Source: Vicinamibacterales bacterium
Lineage (GTDB): Bacteria; Acidobacteriota; Vicinamibacteria; Vicinamibacterales; UBA8438
Assembly: GCA_965200895.1 (NCBI GenBank)
Contig: CBDAVM010000002.1
Location: 741,028 to 805,027 of the forward strand
Direction of reading: 5' to 3'
DNA: 64,000 bases
Each line of letters begins with the position of its first letter. Position 1 is the first letter of the stretch. This document shows, piece after piece, positions 46,405 through 55,210 of the stretch. A program made the translations under genes and the position numbers. The notes below the pieces were generated by a model. It was not told the DNA's origin. It did not search any database and saw only the letters and a program-made list of their open reading frames with translations.

Positions 46405-47532
46405 ATGGGCGACATCGCCTTCACCTGCAGCGGCACCGAGTACACGATCACCGAGTTCGTGGCCTACACCGGCTCCACCACCCTCCGGCAGTTCTGCATA
46501 CGGACGACCCCCAGTCGGATTTCGGCGGCCAACCTCATGGCGCTTGAGGTGACCGTCGGCGACCGGACCTTCATCGACGACGACACGACCACGGACGACG
46601 ACCGGGTGTTGCAAGGCGGCGGGGATGTCTGCCGCGCCCGCGACTACGCGGACGGCACGGACTGGAATCTGGCCAAGGACACGACCGTCACCGTGGTGAT
46701 CGAGTCGCCCACCAGCGACGGCCCGGACGCCCCGACGGGTTTTACGGCCTCGGCGTCGGACGCCACCAGCGTGAAACGCGCCTGGGACGACCCGTCCGAC
46801 AGCGACATCACCAAGTACCAGTACCGCCGCAAGGCCGGTTCCGGCAGCTACGGCAACTGGACCGACATGGGCGGCAGCGGCAGCTCCACCACCAGCTACA
46901 TCGTGACGGGCCTCACCCACGGCACGGAATACACCTTCCAGGTCCGCGCCTATACCACCGCGCGAGGCTCCTCCTCGGTTGAACGGTCGGCGACGGGCGG
47001 CGGGCAGAGCGCGCTGTGGAACGACAGGCGGTTGCAGTCGTTCGCGGGCGCCGACAGCAGCGGCGGTGCGTTCCACGCCAACACGCTCAACATGGACACG
47101 CGGCGGTCGTACAACGTGCTCCGCGACAGCGGACTGAAGATCCAGCCCTGGGCTTCGCAGCGGACGGCGGCGCTGTCGCGCCAACTGAGCCTGGGCGTGG
47201 AGCTCGCCGGCCCGTGGACGCTGCAACTCGCAGCGACGCGGGACTCGGCGCCGATGCTGTCCGCAGCGTCGCTCGCAACATCGCCGGCAAATGTTTCTCG
47301 GAGCGTCTCCAGCAACGCGACCGCCGAGCTGGGGCTTCCAGATCCTGTTCCAGATGATTCCGCAGGTGAACCGGCAGCGCGCGCAGGCGCCGGCAGGGAG
47401 AGATGTCAGGACGGTAGCGCCGAGCGGATCCGTCTGACCTGCGACACCGCGACCAGTTCGTCGAACTCTCGCAGGTCGTCGGGCTTGAAGCCGCCATCGC
47501 GGGACCGGGGGCCGCGGCCGGACAGACGCTGA
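46405..47532 (+). CDS. fibronectin type III domain protein, probably a 5'-truncated fragment; the distal half is doubtfully coding
   Basis: The open frame already reads sensibly from 46330 (SGSLIGYSTHRNPDFGS) with no start codon. FN3: PDAPTGFTASASDATSVKRAWDDP..YQYRRK..YIVTGLTHGTEYTFQVRAYT. Confidence 0.45.
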   Translation: MGDIAFTCSGTEYTITEFVAYTGSTTLRQFCIRTTPSRISAANLMALEVTVGDRTFIDDDTTTDDDRVLQGGGDVCRARDYADGTDWNLAKDTTVTVVIESPTSDGPDAPTGFTASASDATSVKRAWDDPSDSDITKYQYRRKAGSGSYGNWTDMGGSGSSTTSYIVTGLTHGTEYTFQVRAYTTARGSSSVERSATGGGQSALWNDRRLQSFAGADSSGGAFHANTLNMDTRRSYNVLRDSGLKIQPWASQRTAALSRQLSLGVELAGPWTLQLAATRDSAPMLSAASLATSPANVSRSVSSNATAELGLPDPVPDDSAGEPAARAGAGRERCQDGSAERIRLTCDTATSSSNSRRSSGLKPPSRDRGPRPDRR

Positions 47533-47543
47533 TACCGATCCCG

Positions 47544-47864
47544 ATGCTCGGCGCGTTGCTCGGCAGCCTGACCGGCAAGCTCGTCGGGTCAGTTCTCCAA
47601 GACACGCTGGGCGCATCCGCGGCGGCGCTGGCGGACGAGCTTGCCCGGTACGAGCGCTACGCCTTCTCCCGGCTCGACGAGGAGTTCCGCGCCCTCATCG
47701 GGCAGTTGGACGCGTGGTTCGGCAACCTGGAGCGCCTCACCGAGAAGGCCTTCGACCAGCACGCGAACACGGCGCTCCGACTGGCGTCCAGCGTCCGTAT
47801 CGGCGTGCCGGACGCGAAGATACTGCGCACGACCGACGATCTCGACGCCTTCATGCAGGAGTAA
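47544..47864 (+). CDS. hypothetical helical protein (possibly N-terminally truncated)
   Basis: 106-aa ORF. The frame is open upstream to 47418 with no start codon. Ends 3 nt before the next ORF. Confidence 0.35.
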   Translation: MLGALLGSLTGKLVGSVLQDTLGASAAALADELARYERYAFSRLDEEFRALIGQLDAWFGNLERLTEKAFDQHANTALRLASSVRIGVPDAKILRTTDDLDAFMQE

Positions 47865-47867
47865 CCG

Positions 47868-48164
47868 ATGGAGCCGCTGCACAATCCGCTTGAAGGCCTG
47901 TCGCCGCCGCTTGAAGGCCTGTCGCCGGCGCTGTACGTCGCCACCCTGTCAGAGATCGCGCACGCGGACGGCCTGCATCCGGCCGAGCGCGAGCTCATCG
48001 AACAGCACGCTGAGCACTTCGGTGTGGATCTCGACAACTTGCCGGCCGTGCCGCACGACCTGTCGTCGCTCCCGCGCGCGACGCGCGTCCATGCAGGACC
48101 AGCAAGCACCTTGACTGAATTCAGATGTCGCCATAAAATTAGCGTTCACGCTCATTCGCAATAA
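47868..48164 (+). CDS. TerB-like domain fragment
   Basis: YVATLSEIAHADGLHPAERELIEQHAEHFGVD resembles the TerB/DjlA-N helical module. The distal part of the ORF runs through promoter-like AT-rich DNA, so it is probably truncated. Contains a 21-bp tandem duplication. Confidence 0.4.
   Translation: MEPLHNPLEGLSPPLEGLSPALYVATLSEIAHADGLHPAERELIEQHAEHFGVDLDNLPAVPHDLSSLPRATRVHAGPASTLTEFRCRHKISVHAHSQ
48111..48139 (+). promoter_or_regulatory. near-consensus sigma70-type promoter (TTGACT-17 nt-TAAAAT)
   Basis: TTGACT at 48111-48116, a 17-nt spacer, TAAAAT at 48134-48139. It lies 33 nt upstream of the ATPase ATG in locally AT-rich DNA. Confidence 0.55.
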
Positions 48165-48171
48165 AGACGAC

Positions 48172-49374
48172 ATGGCCGAGTTCTCGAACCCGTTTCGCCC
48201 CGGCGCCGGACACGCACCGCCGTACCTGGCCGGCCGTCACGTCGAGCGCGAGGAATTCGTGCAACTGCTGGAGCAGCGCACGATCCTGGACAACCTCGTC
48301 CTGACGGGGCTTCGAGGCATCGGCAAGACCGTGCTGCTCGACTCGTTGAAGCAGCTCGCGCTCGATCGCGGCTGGCTGTGGGTCGGAACCGACCTCTCGG
48401 AAGCGACCAGCGTGAGCGAGGACCACATGGCCACGCGGTTCTGCACGGACCTGTCGCCGCTCACGACCAGCATCGTCGTGGCTACCGAGGAGCGGCGCCG
48501 GGCAGGGTTCGGGACCGAGACCGACGCCATCACGCACACCCTCGGGTACGAGGCCCTGTTCGGCCTCTACCGCCGCACACCCGGCCTCCCGCTCGACAAG
48601 CTCAAGTCGGTTCTTCAGCACGCCTGGAGCGCGCTGTCACAGACGCCGCGCGTCCGCGGCATCGTCTTCGCCTACGACGAGGCGCAGAACCTTGCCGATC
48701 AGCCCACGAAAGACCAGTATCCCCTGTCTCTCGTGCTCGACACCTTCCAGTCGCTGCAGAAGATCGGCCTCCCGCTGCTGCTCGTGCTGACCGGTCTTCC
48801 GACGCTGTTCCCGAAGCTGGTCGACGCCCGGACGTTCTCCGAGAGGATGTTCAGGGTCGTGTTCCTGAAGAGCCTGAACGACAGCGAGAGCGAAGACGCC
48901 ATTCGGAGACCGATCGACGACGCGGCATCTCCTGTGCGTCTGTCCGACGATTCCGTGCAGACGATCATCAAGACGTCCGGGGGTTACCCGTACTTCCTCC
49001 AGTTCATCTGCCGCGAGGTCTACGACGCGTTCATCCAACGGATCGACAAGGGCGAGCGGGCATCCGTTCCCATCGCGGCGATCGAGCGGAAGCTCGACAC
49101 GGACTTCTTTGCCGGGCGCTGGGCGCGCGCCACCGACCGGCAACGGGATCTGCTGTCGGTGATCGCCAGACTCAAGAACTGCGACGACGAGTTCACCGTC
49201 CAGGATGTGGTCGAGGAGTCCAGGCGGTGTCTGGACAAACCGTTCAGCAGCAGCCACGTCAGCCAGATGCTCGTCACGCTGGCCGCCCGAGGCCTGGTGT
49301 ACAAGAACCGCCATGGAAAGTACTCGTTTGCAGTTCCCCTGCTGGGCCGATTCATCACCCGGCAGGCTGCGTAG
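48172..49374 (+). CDS. P-loop NTPase of the AAA_16/Arch_ATPase type with a C-terminal winged-helix
   Basis: NPFRPGAGHAPPYLAGRHVEREEF, Walker A GLRGIGKT, Walker B IVFAYDEAQ, C-terminal LVTLAARGLVYKNRHGKYSFAVPLL. Confidence 0.8.
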   Translation: MAEFSNPFRPGAGHAPPYLAGRHVEREEFVQLLEQRTILDNLVLTGLRGIGKTVLLDSLKQLALDRGWLWVGTDLSEATSVSEDHMATRFCTDLSPLTTSIVVATEERRRAGFGTETDAITHTLGYEALFGLYRRTPGLPLDKLKSVLQHAWSALSQTPRVRGIVFAYDEAQNLADQPTKDQYPLSLVLDTFQSLQKIGLPLLLVLTGLPTLFPKLVDARTFSERMFRVVFLKSLNDSESEDAIRRPIDDAASPVRLSDDSVQTIIKTSGGYPYFLQFICREVYDAFIQRIDKGERASVPIAAIERKLDTDFFAGRWARATDRQRDLLSVIARLKNCDDEFTVQDVVEESRRCLDKPFSSSHVSQMLVTLAARGLVYKNRHGKYSFAVPLLGRFITRQAA

Positions 49375-49419
49375 CAGCATGCCTCGCTGTACATCTTCCG
49401 CCGGTCGAGACCGATCCTC

Positions 49420-49960
49420 ATAACCAAGACCGACACGCTGACCGAGACCCTGATCGAGATCCGCGACGCCATCGCGGACAACGCCTACCCGAACGAGGCC
49501 GCAGTCCGTTCACAGATCGTCAACCGCATCCTCGAACACCTCGACTGGCCCGTCTGCGACCCGAACCTGATCCGCAACGAGTTCCCGCTGCAGAATCGCC
49601 GGGTCGACATCGCGCTGTGTGCGCCCAGCGGCAAGCCGCGCTGCATCATCGAGCTGAAGACGCCCAGCTACGACCTCCGCAGAATCGGCTGCTCGGCGGG
49701 CGACCGGCAACGCTTCGAGTACGCGTTCCACGCCGGCGCGCCGCTCGCCCTCATCACCAACGGCGCGAGCTTCCGCTTCTACTCCGCCCCTGCGGCCGGC
49801 GACTACGAAGAACGCCTCGGCGCCGCCCTCGACATCCCGGACCGACGAACCGGCCGGGATCTCCGCAGCCCTCGACCGGTACCTGTCGTACCAGAACACC
49901 GTGTCGGGACGCGCCGGCGATCACGCCAAGCAGGATGCCTGTGGGTCGTGTGGGCGGCGC
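49420..49960 (+). pseudogene. PD-(D/E)xK nuclease-like protein (HsdR-N-terminal-domain type), start codon lost and frameshifted
   Basis: Same frame as the ATPase, directly after its stop. Reads (ATA)TKTDTLTETLIEIRDAIADNAYPNEAAVRSQIVNRILEHLDWP...RRVDIAL...CIIELK...LITNG. There is no ATG/GTG/TTG start. Sense shifts frame near 49840 (AGISAALDRYLSYQNTVSGRA). Confidence 0.55.
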
Positions 49961-50367
49961 TTGCGGCGTCCAAAGCAGGGTGGAACGCACTGCCTCGACG
50001 GTGACACATTGGCGCAGTGCTCGTGCGCGGTGCATGCCGCTGGCGCGGTCCACGGGCTGCTCGGCTGCCGGACGCCGGAACGTTCACGAGGTCAAGCGGC
50101 GGTGGGCTCGGGGCACCAGCGGACCGGGAGCAGCCCGCGGGGAGCAGTCGCCGCCAGCGATTCCGCCGAGAGTGGTCCGTTCGGCAGACTGACGTTGGCA
50201 ATGGCTTCAGCAAGGGGAACGGCCGGGCGCGCCGACGCCGACTGCAACCCATTACGGCGTTCCGGTCCGCCGCACCCTCCGGACTCCTGGCTGGGCATTC
50301 CGGTGAAATCGATCACCTGTTCCGGCGCAAACCGATCACCTGTCGGAGCGAAGCGACGCGGGATTCA

Positions 50368-50655
50368 TCATGCCTCGTCGCAGTTCCCCGTTCGCGTCGG
50401 CGGTCGGCTCCGCTTTCGCATGGACTCTCCTTTCAGCTCCAGCTTGTAGGCATTGTGCACGAGCCGGTCAAGAATCGCGTCGGCAAGGGTCGGGTCGCCG
50501 ACGACACCGTGCCACTTGTCGACGGGAAGCTGGCCGGTGACGACCGTCGAGCGGACGCCGTGTCAGTCCTCGAGGACTTCGAGCAGGTCGTGTCGGTTCT
50601 CGGCGGTGCAGGGGTCCAATCCCCAGTCGTCGACGACGAGGACCTCGGTCCCCGC
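50368..50655 (-). pseudogene. IstB (IS21 helper) C-terminal fragment with an in-frame TGA
   Basis: EVLVVDDWGLDP..NRHDLLEVLED[55 protein letters not shown]. The Walker A part is absent. It is a different IstB lineage from 15508..16305. Confidence 0.8.
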
Positions 50656-50659
50656 ATCC

Positions 50660-50930
50660 GCTGCCGGAAGCCACCGGCGGGAATCCGCCGCTCACCTACA
50701 CGCTGTCAACCCTGCCGGCCGGCCTGACGTTCAACGCCGCCGACTCCGGCAACACGATCACGGGCGCGCCGACGAACACGCAGACCGCGACCGACTACAC
50801 CTACACGGTCACCGACCACAACAACGACAGTGACTCCGAGACCTTCGATTATCATCGAGACCGACACCGAACCGTCAATCCCCCCGAACCTTCCCAGCCC
50901 GTCGGACCTGACCTTCGTCGTCGAGGCTCC
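50660..50930 (+). pseudogene. fragment of a cadherin-like/putative-Ig (He_PIG-type) adhesin repeat, frameshifted
   Basis: LPEATGGNPPLTYTLSTLPAGLTFNAADSGNTITGAPTNTQTATDYTYTVTDHNNDSDSETF, then a frame change to IIIETDTEPSIPPNLPSPSDLTFVVEAP. Confidence 0.55.
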
Positions 50931-51243
50931 CCGTGCTCGGGAAGGGCGCCATCACGCCGTTCGTGAGAATCCGGCGCTACGGACCCAACCGCCACGCGTT
51001 GCGCACCGGCCTGCGCTTCTCCAAACGAGAGAACGGCCACCGCCGCATGTTCTTCGAGATCTACGGGCGTCACAGAACCCACCCGCTGTACGGCATCGAC
51101 AACTCGATCATCTTCCGCGGCGCGATTCGCCCGAAATCCGTGCTCTCTGAACGACGAGGACGACTCCGCCCTCGTCTTGACACCCCAACTGCCACCGACC
51201 ACAATCCACAGGTCACACGATCGGAAGCAGCTACGTCCCGCCA

Positions 51244-51714
51244 ATGACCGCTGACGAGCAAAAACGCTACGAAGCACGCTTCGCGGCCGAGATGAACGAA
51301 CGACGCGAACGTGAAAACCGGTTCCGGCCGCGCCCGGAACTCGTGCCGCCGGAGTTCTGCAGGAACGACCAGCCGACTCCTGAAGACATCCGCCGTCTGC
51401 GGCCGCGCCTGGATCCAACCCGCACTGGCCCACGAAGTGCGACCGTTGCAGAACGACTCGCCAGCAGCTGTGCCGGGTGGGCCGAACGCCCGACATCAGA
51501 AGAGTTCCACGCTGCAATTCACGCCGCCGAGCCGACCCCGCGACAACGCACCCTGCTTCGCACCTGGACAAGCGAGGCTACCTGGCAAGAACTGATGCAC
51601 GCCTGGGCCGAACACGCGTACACGCTGCGAGAGCTTGTCGCCGCGTTGCACCGCGCGGGAATCACCCGCCCCCGTTGTGCAAGGGTCCTCAACGGGTGGA
51701 CCCTACGCCGATGA
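51244..51714 (+). CDS. hypothetical protein, candidate antitoxin/regulator translationally coupled to the AbiEii-like gene
   Basis: The stop overlaps the downstream ATG (ATGA at 51711). C-terminal HTH-like AYTLRELVAALHRAGITRPRCARVLNGW. Lower GC than the backbone. Confidence 0.5.
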   Translation: MTADEQKRYEARFAAEMNERRERENRFRPRPELVPPEFCRNDQPTPEDIRRLRPRLDPTRTGPRSATVAERLASSCAGWAERPTSEEFHAAIHAAEPTPRQRTLLRTWTSEATWQELMHAWAEHAYTLRELVAALHRAGITRPRCARVLNGWTLRR

Positions 51715-52772
51715 CACGCCAGCCGACCCTGAGCATGCCGGAACCGGCACGACAACTATGGTTGCGAACCCGGGAAACCATCAGGACACACCTCAACCAA
51801 CTGCAAGACGGCCACACGGAATACCGCATCGGAGGCGGTACTGTTCTCGCCTCCCGCTGGAACCATCGCCAAAGCTTCGACATCGACATCACCGTCGATG
51901 AAGGAACCCCGCTTGCCAATCTCGCGGCGACAGGACCAACCACCTTCACAACCGACATCGCACAACTGGGCGGACAGGCCAGATACAACCCGGAACGGAA
52001 CAAGTTCATCATCCAGTTCCACAACGGCGCCATCGACATCTGGGCACGCTCCCCGATACTGAAAAAAGGTCACGAGAAGGAAACGATCGAGGATAAGCCG
52101 GAGATACTCCTGTCAACCGCACAGATCATTCGCGGCAAGCTCGAACGCGCAGACGAGCCGCTCGTGCGCGACGCGTACGACATCCTCAAAGCCGCCGAAT
52201 ACGATCCCGGAAGCCTCGAGGCCGCAATCAACTCGATCCCCGCGACCACTGTCGAGTCCATCGCCAATACCTGGCACTGGCACGGACCGCAACTCGCGGC
52301 CGACGCCGCAACACAACTGCTCGGCACACCCCGACACGAAATCGACGATGCCCGAACACTGGGGCAACGAACCACAATCGCCACAAGAAACGCCCTGTAC
52401 GTCAAGCTGACGATACGCACACAAGACGGAGCACTCGTCATTGAAACCGCAACTGCAGGAGGTCGCCGCGAGACAGGCCAACTACAACCAGGAACCATCG
52501 ACGACACCTTCGAGGCCCGTGGTCTCAACGCCCACCTTTCGACAATGCCGCCCGGCGCCGACGCAATACGCGAGTACGCCAAACAGAGTTGCGGCGAGCA
52601 TCGCAACCACCTCATCTTCAGCGAGACGAACCACACCCCCACCTGCTGGCGGACACGCACAGCATCATTCAACCTGTCTCCCGACACACCCGAGCCACCA
52701 CGTCCTTCATCCGCCTCGACCTTGCCGACAACCCGCCGCCGATCAACGGATCCCCCGAACCACGGCCGCTGA
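51711..52772 (+). CDS. nucleotidyltransferase AbiEii/AbiGii-type toxin family protein
   Basis: YRIGGGTVLASRWNHRQSFDIDITV matches the GGTAL...R.S.DiD signature of AbiEii (DUF1814). 353 aa. Confidence 0.65.
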   Translation: MTRQPTLSMPEPARQLWLRTRETIRTHLNQLQDGHTEYRIGGGTVLASRWNHRQSFDIDITVDEGTPLANLAATGPTTFTTDIAQLGGQARYNPERNKFIIQFHNGAIDIWARSPILKKGHEKETIEDKPEILLSTAQIIRGKLERADEPLVRDAYDILKAAEYDPGSLEAAINSIPATTVESIANTWHWHGPQLAADAATQLLGTPRHEIDDARTLGQRTTIATRNALYVKLTIRTQDGALVIETATAGGRRETGQLQPGTIDDTFEARGLNAHLSTMPPGADAIREYAKQSCGEHRNHLIFSETNHTPTCWRTRTASFNLSPDTPEPPRPSSASTLPTTRRRSTDPPNHGR

Positions 52773-52831
52773 TCCGGTTCGTCAACCCGGCCGGCCTCGA
52801 CGTCGACCTGCTGAACAACCACGAGTGGAGG

Positions 52832-53363
52832 ATGCTCCACCCTGAATCCGGTGCTGCCATGAACTCGCGAATGGCCCCGAAGAACTCGACAGCCGAGTGG
52901 ATCGACAACGAGATCCAGCGACGACTCGTCGAAGAAGACGTGTCGAGAGATGCCCCACTGGCTCCACTCGACCGCTTCCCTGCCGAAAGCGGCTGGTTCG
53001 CCGACGACGACACCGGGCAACCGACACGCCGACCCGGACAACCGTGCGCGGCCCTCAACGCGCTGGTTCACGGCGTCTGCAACGGCTGGAAACGGAAACC
53101 GACCGCACTCGAAGTCGAGACTGCAATCAGAGCCCGCAAACGCACCCAACCGGGCCGACACCATCGCGTGGACGGTCGCCACCGAATCGTCGATCCCCTG
53201 CATCATGGACGCCGAGGCCGACCATGCCTACAGCCTCCAGGATCTCGCATGGTGGATACGCGAGCTCCGAATACCCACCCGGAGAACCATCCACTGGCTC
53301 AACGCGATGGCAGACGCGTGGACACCGAACCGCGGGACCAACCACGACGGCCAAGCGCAATGA
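52832..53363 (+). pseudogene. frameshifted paralog of 51244..51714
   Basis: CNGWKRKPTALEVETAIRARKRTQPG (one frame) followed by TIAWTVATESSIPCIMDAEADHAYSLQDLAWWIRELRIPTRRTIHWLNAM (another frame). This parallels CAGWAERPTSEEFHAAIHAAE...AEHAYTLRELVAALHRAGITRPRCARVLNGW. Confidence 0.45.
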
Positions 53364-53509
53364 ACACGCTCACGCTACCCGAACCAGCAGCTTCGCTCTG
53401 CAGCCTGTGGCAAGCGGCCAGGAATTCCGTCAGTCTCCGGCGGACAATCGCTGCCCTCCGGAGACTGGCAGATGACGGAACCTGGGCCTGACCGCAGCCC
53501 GAATGGAGG

Positions 53510-53866
53510 TCAGGAGGCCGGCGCGCTCTCGCCCGCCTTCGCTTCCGGCTGGGGCTCGGGCGGAACGACGGCTTCCAAGGGCTCCATGTCGATGGCGTCG
53601 TAGTCGGGCGGGCAGCCGAAGTCGCGCGGCTGCGGCGCCGTCGGGTTGCCGACGGTGACGCACAGGCCGCAGCCGATGCACTTGTCGACGCGGACGGCGC
53701 AGACCATGCGCCCGTAGACATCCGGCTCCTCGATGATGCAGTCCTCGACCGGACAGGCGGCCTGACAGATCGAGCAGGCGAAGGCGCCGAAGCAGCGCTC
53801 GGGATCGATGACGGCGATCTTCTTCGGCGGCCTCTTGCGAGGCCGGTTCATCATTTTGGTCCACAT
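53510..53866 (-). CDS. 4Fe-4S dicluster ferredoxin-like protein
   Basis: CSICQAACP and CIGCGLC cluster motifs. Basic N-terminus, acidic/Pro-rich tail. Confidence 0.7.
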   Translation of the reverse strand: MWTKMMNRPRKRPPKKIAVIDPERCFGAFACSICQAACPVEDCIIEEPDVYGRMVCAVRVDKCIGCGLCVTVGNPTAPQPRDFGCPPDYDAIDMEPLEAVVPPEPQPEAKAGESAPAS

Positions 53867-53950
53867 AGGCGGTCCTATTATAGCGGACTTCCGGCCACGA
53901 TCCCGCGACGGTCAGACGCGGCCGCCGGAATTCCGCGCGGCTCCGGCCGC

Positions 53951-55201
53951 CTACGTGGATTGCCCCCGCGCCGCAACGGCCCAGACCGCCTCGACGATGC
54001 CGTTGCGCACCGCGTACATCCGGTCGTACAGGTTCACCACGGGGTCGCAGTGCGAGACGATCAGCTCCAGCTTGTCGCCGACGGCGTAGGTGCGGCTGGC
54101 GTCGTCCTCGTAACGCAGCGAGCCGAACTCGTCCGACCCGGAGGTATAGGACATGCCCGTCTCGCCCTTGACCCGCGCCCAGGGACGGTTGATGGTGCAC
54201 GCCTTCGCGCCCGCGTCGGTGGTCGCGCGGCCCTCGTACTGCGCGTTGAGCACGGTGGTCAGGATGGTCAGCGCCGGCTGGAAGTCCGTGTAGACATCGG
54301 GGTCGTCCGCGCCGCCGATGTCGATGTACTGCGCATCCATGAAGACGTAGCTTCCAACCTGCACGTCGGTGAAGCCGGGCGTCTGGTGATCGATGTTGTA
54401 GGTGCCGGTGCCGCCGCCGCTGAAGATCTCCGTGTTCAGGCCGGAGCGCTGCATCCGTTCGCAGGTCTCGGCCGCCGCCGCCAGCCGTTCCAGCGTCTGC
54501 GCCTGCCGCGCCTCGAAGCCCTTGACGTGCTGCGAGCCGCCGTCGTAACAGAGCATGCCGCGGAGGCGCAGGCCGGGCAGCCGGTCGACGAGCTGCGCCA
54601 GCTCCAGCGCCGGCGGGCCGGGCGTGATGCCGGTCCGATGACCGCCCGGGTCGACGTCGACTACGACGTCAGCCACTATCCCCGCCGCCTCGGCCGCGGC
54701 GGACAGATCGCGGGCGTTCGCGGCCGTATCGGTCGCCTGGACGAAGCCGTCGCACCACTTCCGCAGATTCATCGCGCGGCGGATCTTGAGTGGCGTGACG
54801 TTGCTCGTCGTCATCAGGAGCTTTTCGATTCCGTGATCGAAGAGCACCTGCGCCTCGCTGACCTTGGCCACGCAGATCCCGACCGAACCGGTGTCGAGCT
54901 GCATCCGGGCGATGGCCGGACACTTGTGCGTCTTGGCGTGCGGCCGACTCGCGATGCCGTTGCGCGTCACGGTGCGCTGCATGGTAGCCAGATTGGCCTC
55001 CAGCGCGTCGAGGTCGACCACCAGCGCCGGTGTGTCGAGATCCCACATCGAGAGACCCAGTGGAATCAGCTCGCCCCCGGTCTGCTCGGCGCGGCGGGTC
55101 ATCTCGGCCCCGGTGTAGCCGTGCACGGACGAGGGAACCCAGACGCCGGCGCCGGCGCCGGCCGCCTGCAGGAAGTGACGACGCGTGAAAGGAATGGTCA
55201 T
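53951..55201 (-). CDS. DSD1-family PLP enzyme (alanine-racemase-fold; D-threonine aldolase / D-serine dehydratase-like) with a Tat signal
   Basis: MTIPFTRRHFLQAAGAGAGVW. RPHAKTHKCPAIARMQL (PLP Lys). C-terminal beta-domain VSHCDPVVNLYD. Confidence 0.75.
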   Translation of the reverse strand: MTIPFTRRHFLQAAGAGAGVWVPSSVHGYTGAEMTRRAEQTGGELIPLGLSMWDLDTPALVVDLDALEANLATMQRTVTRNGIASRPHAKTHKCPAIARMQLDTGSVGICVAKVSEAQVLFDHGIEKLLMTTSNVTPLKIRRAMNLRKWCDGFVQATDTAANARDLSAAAEAAGIVADVVVDVDPGGHRTGITPGPPALELAQLVDRLPGLRLRGMLCYDGGSQHVKGFEARQAQTLERLAAAAETCERMQRSGLNTEIFSGGGTGTYNIDHQTPGFTDVQVGSYVFMDAQYIDIGGADDPDVYTDFQPALTILTTVLNAQYEGRATTDAGAKACTINRPWARVKGETGMSYTSGSDEFGSLRYEDDASRTYAVGDKLELIVSHCDPVVNLYDRMYAVRNGIVEAVWAVAARGQST

Positions 55202-55210
55202 GGGGCTGTT

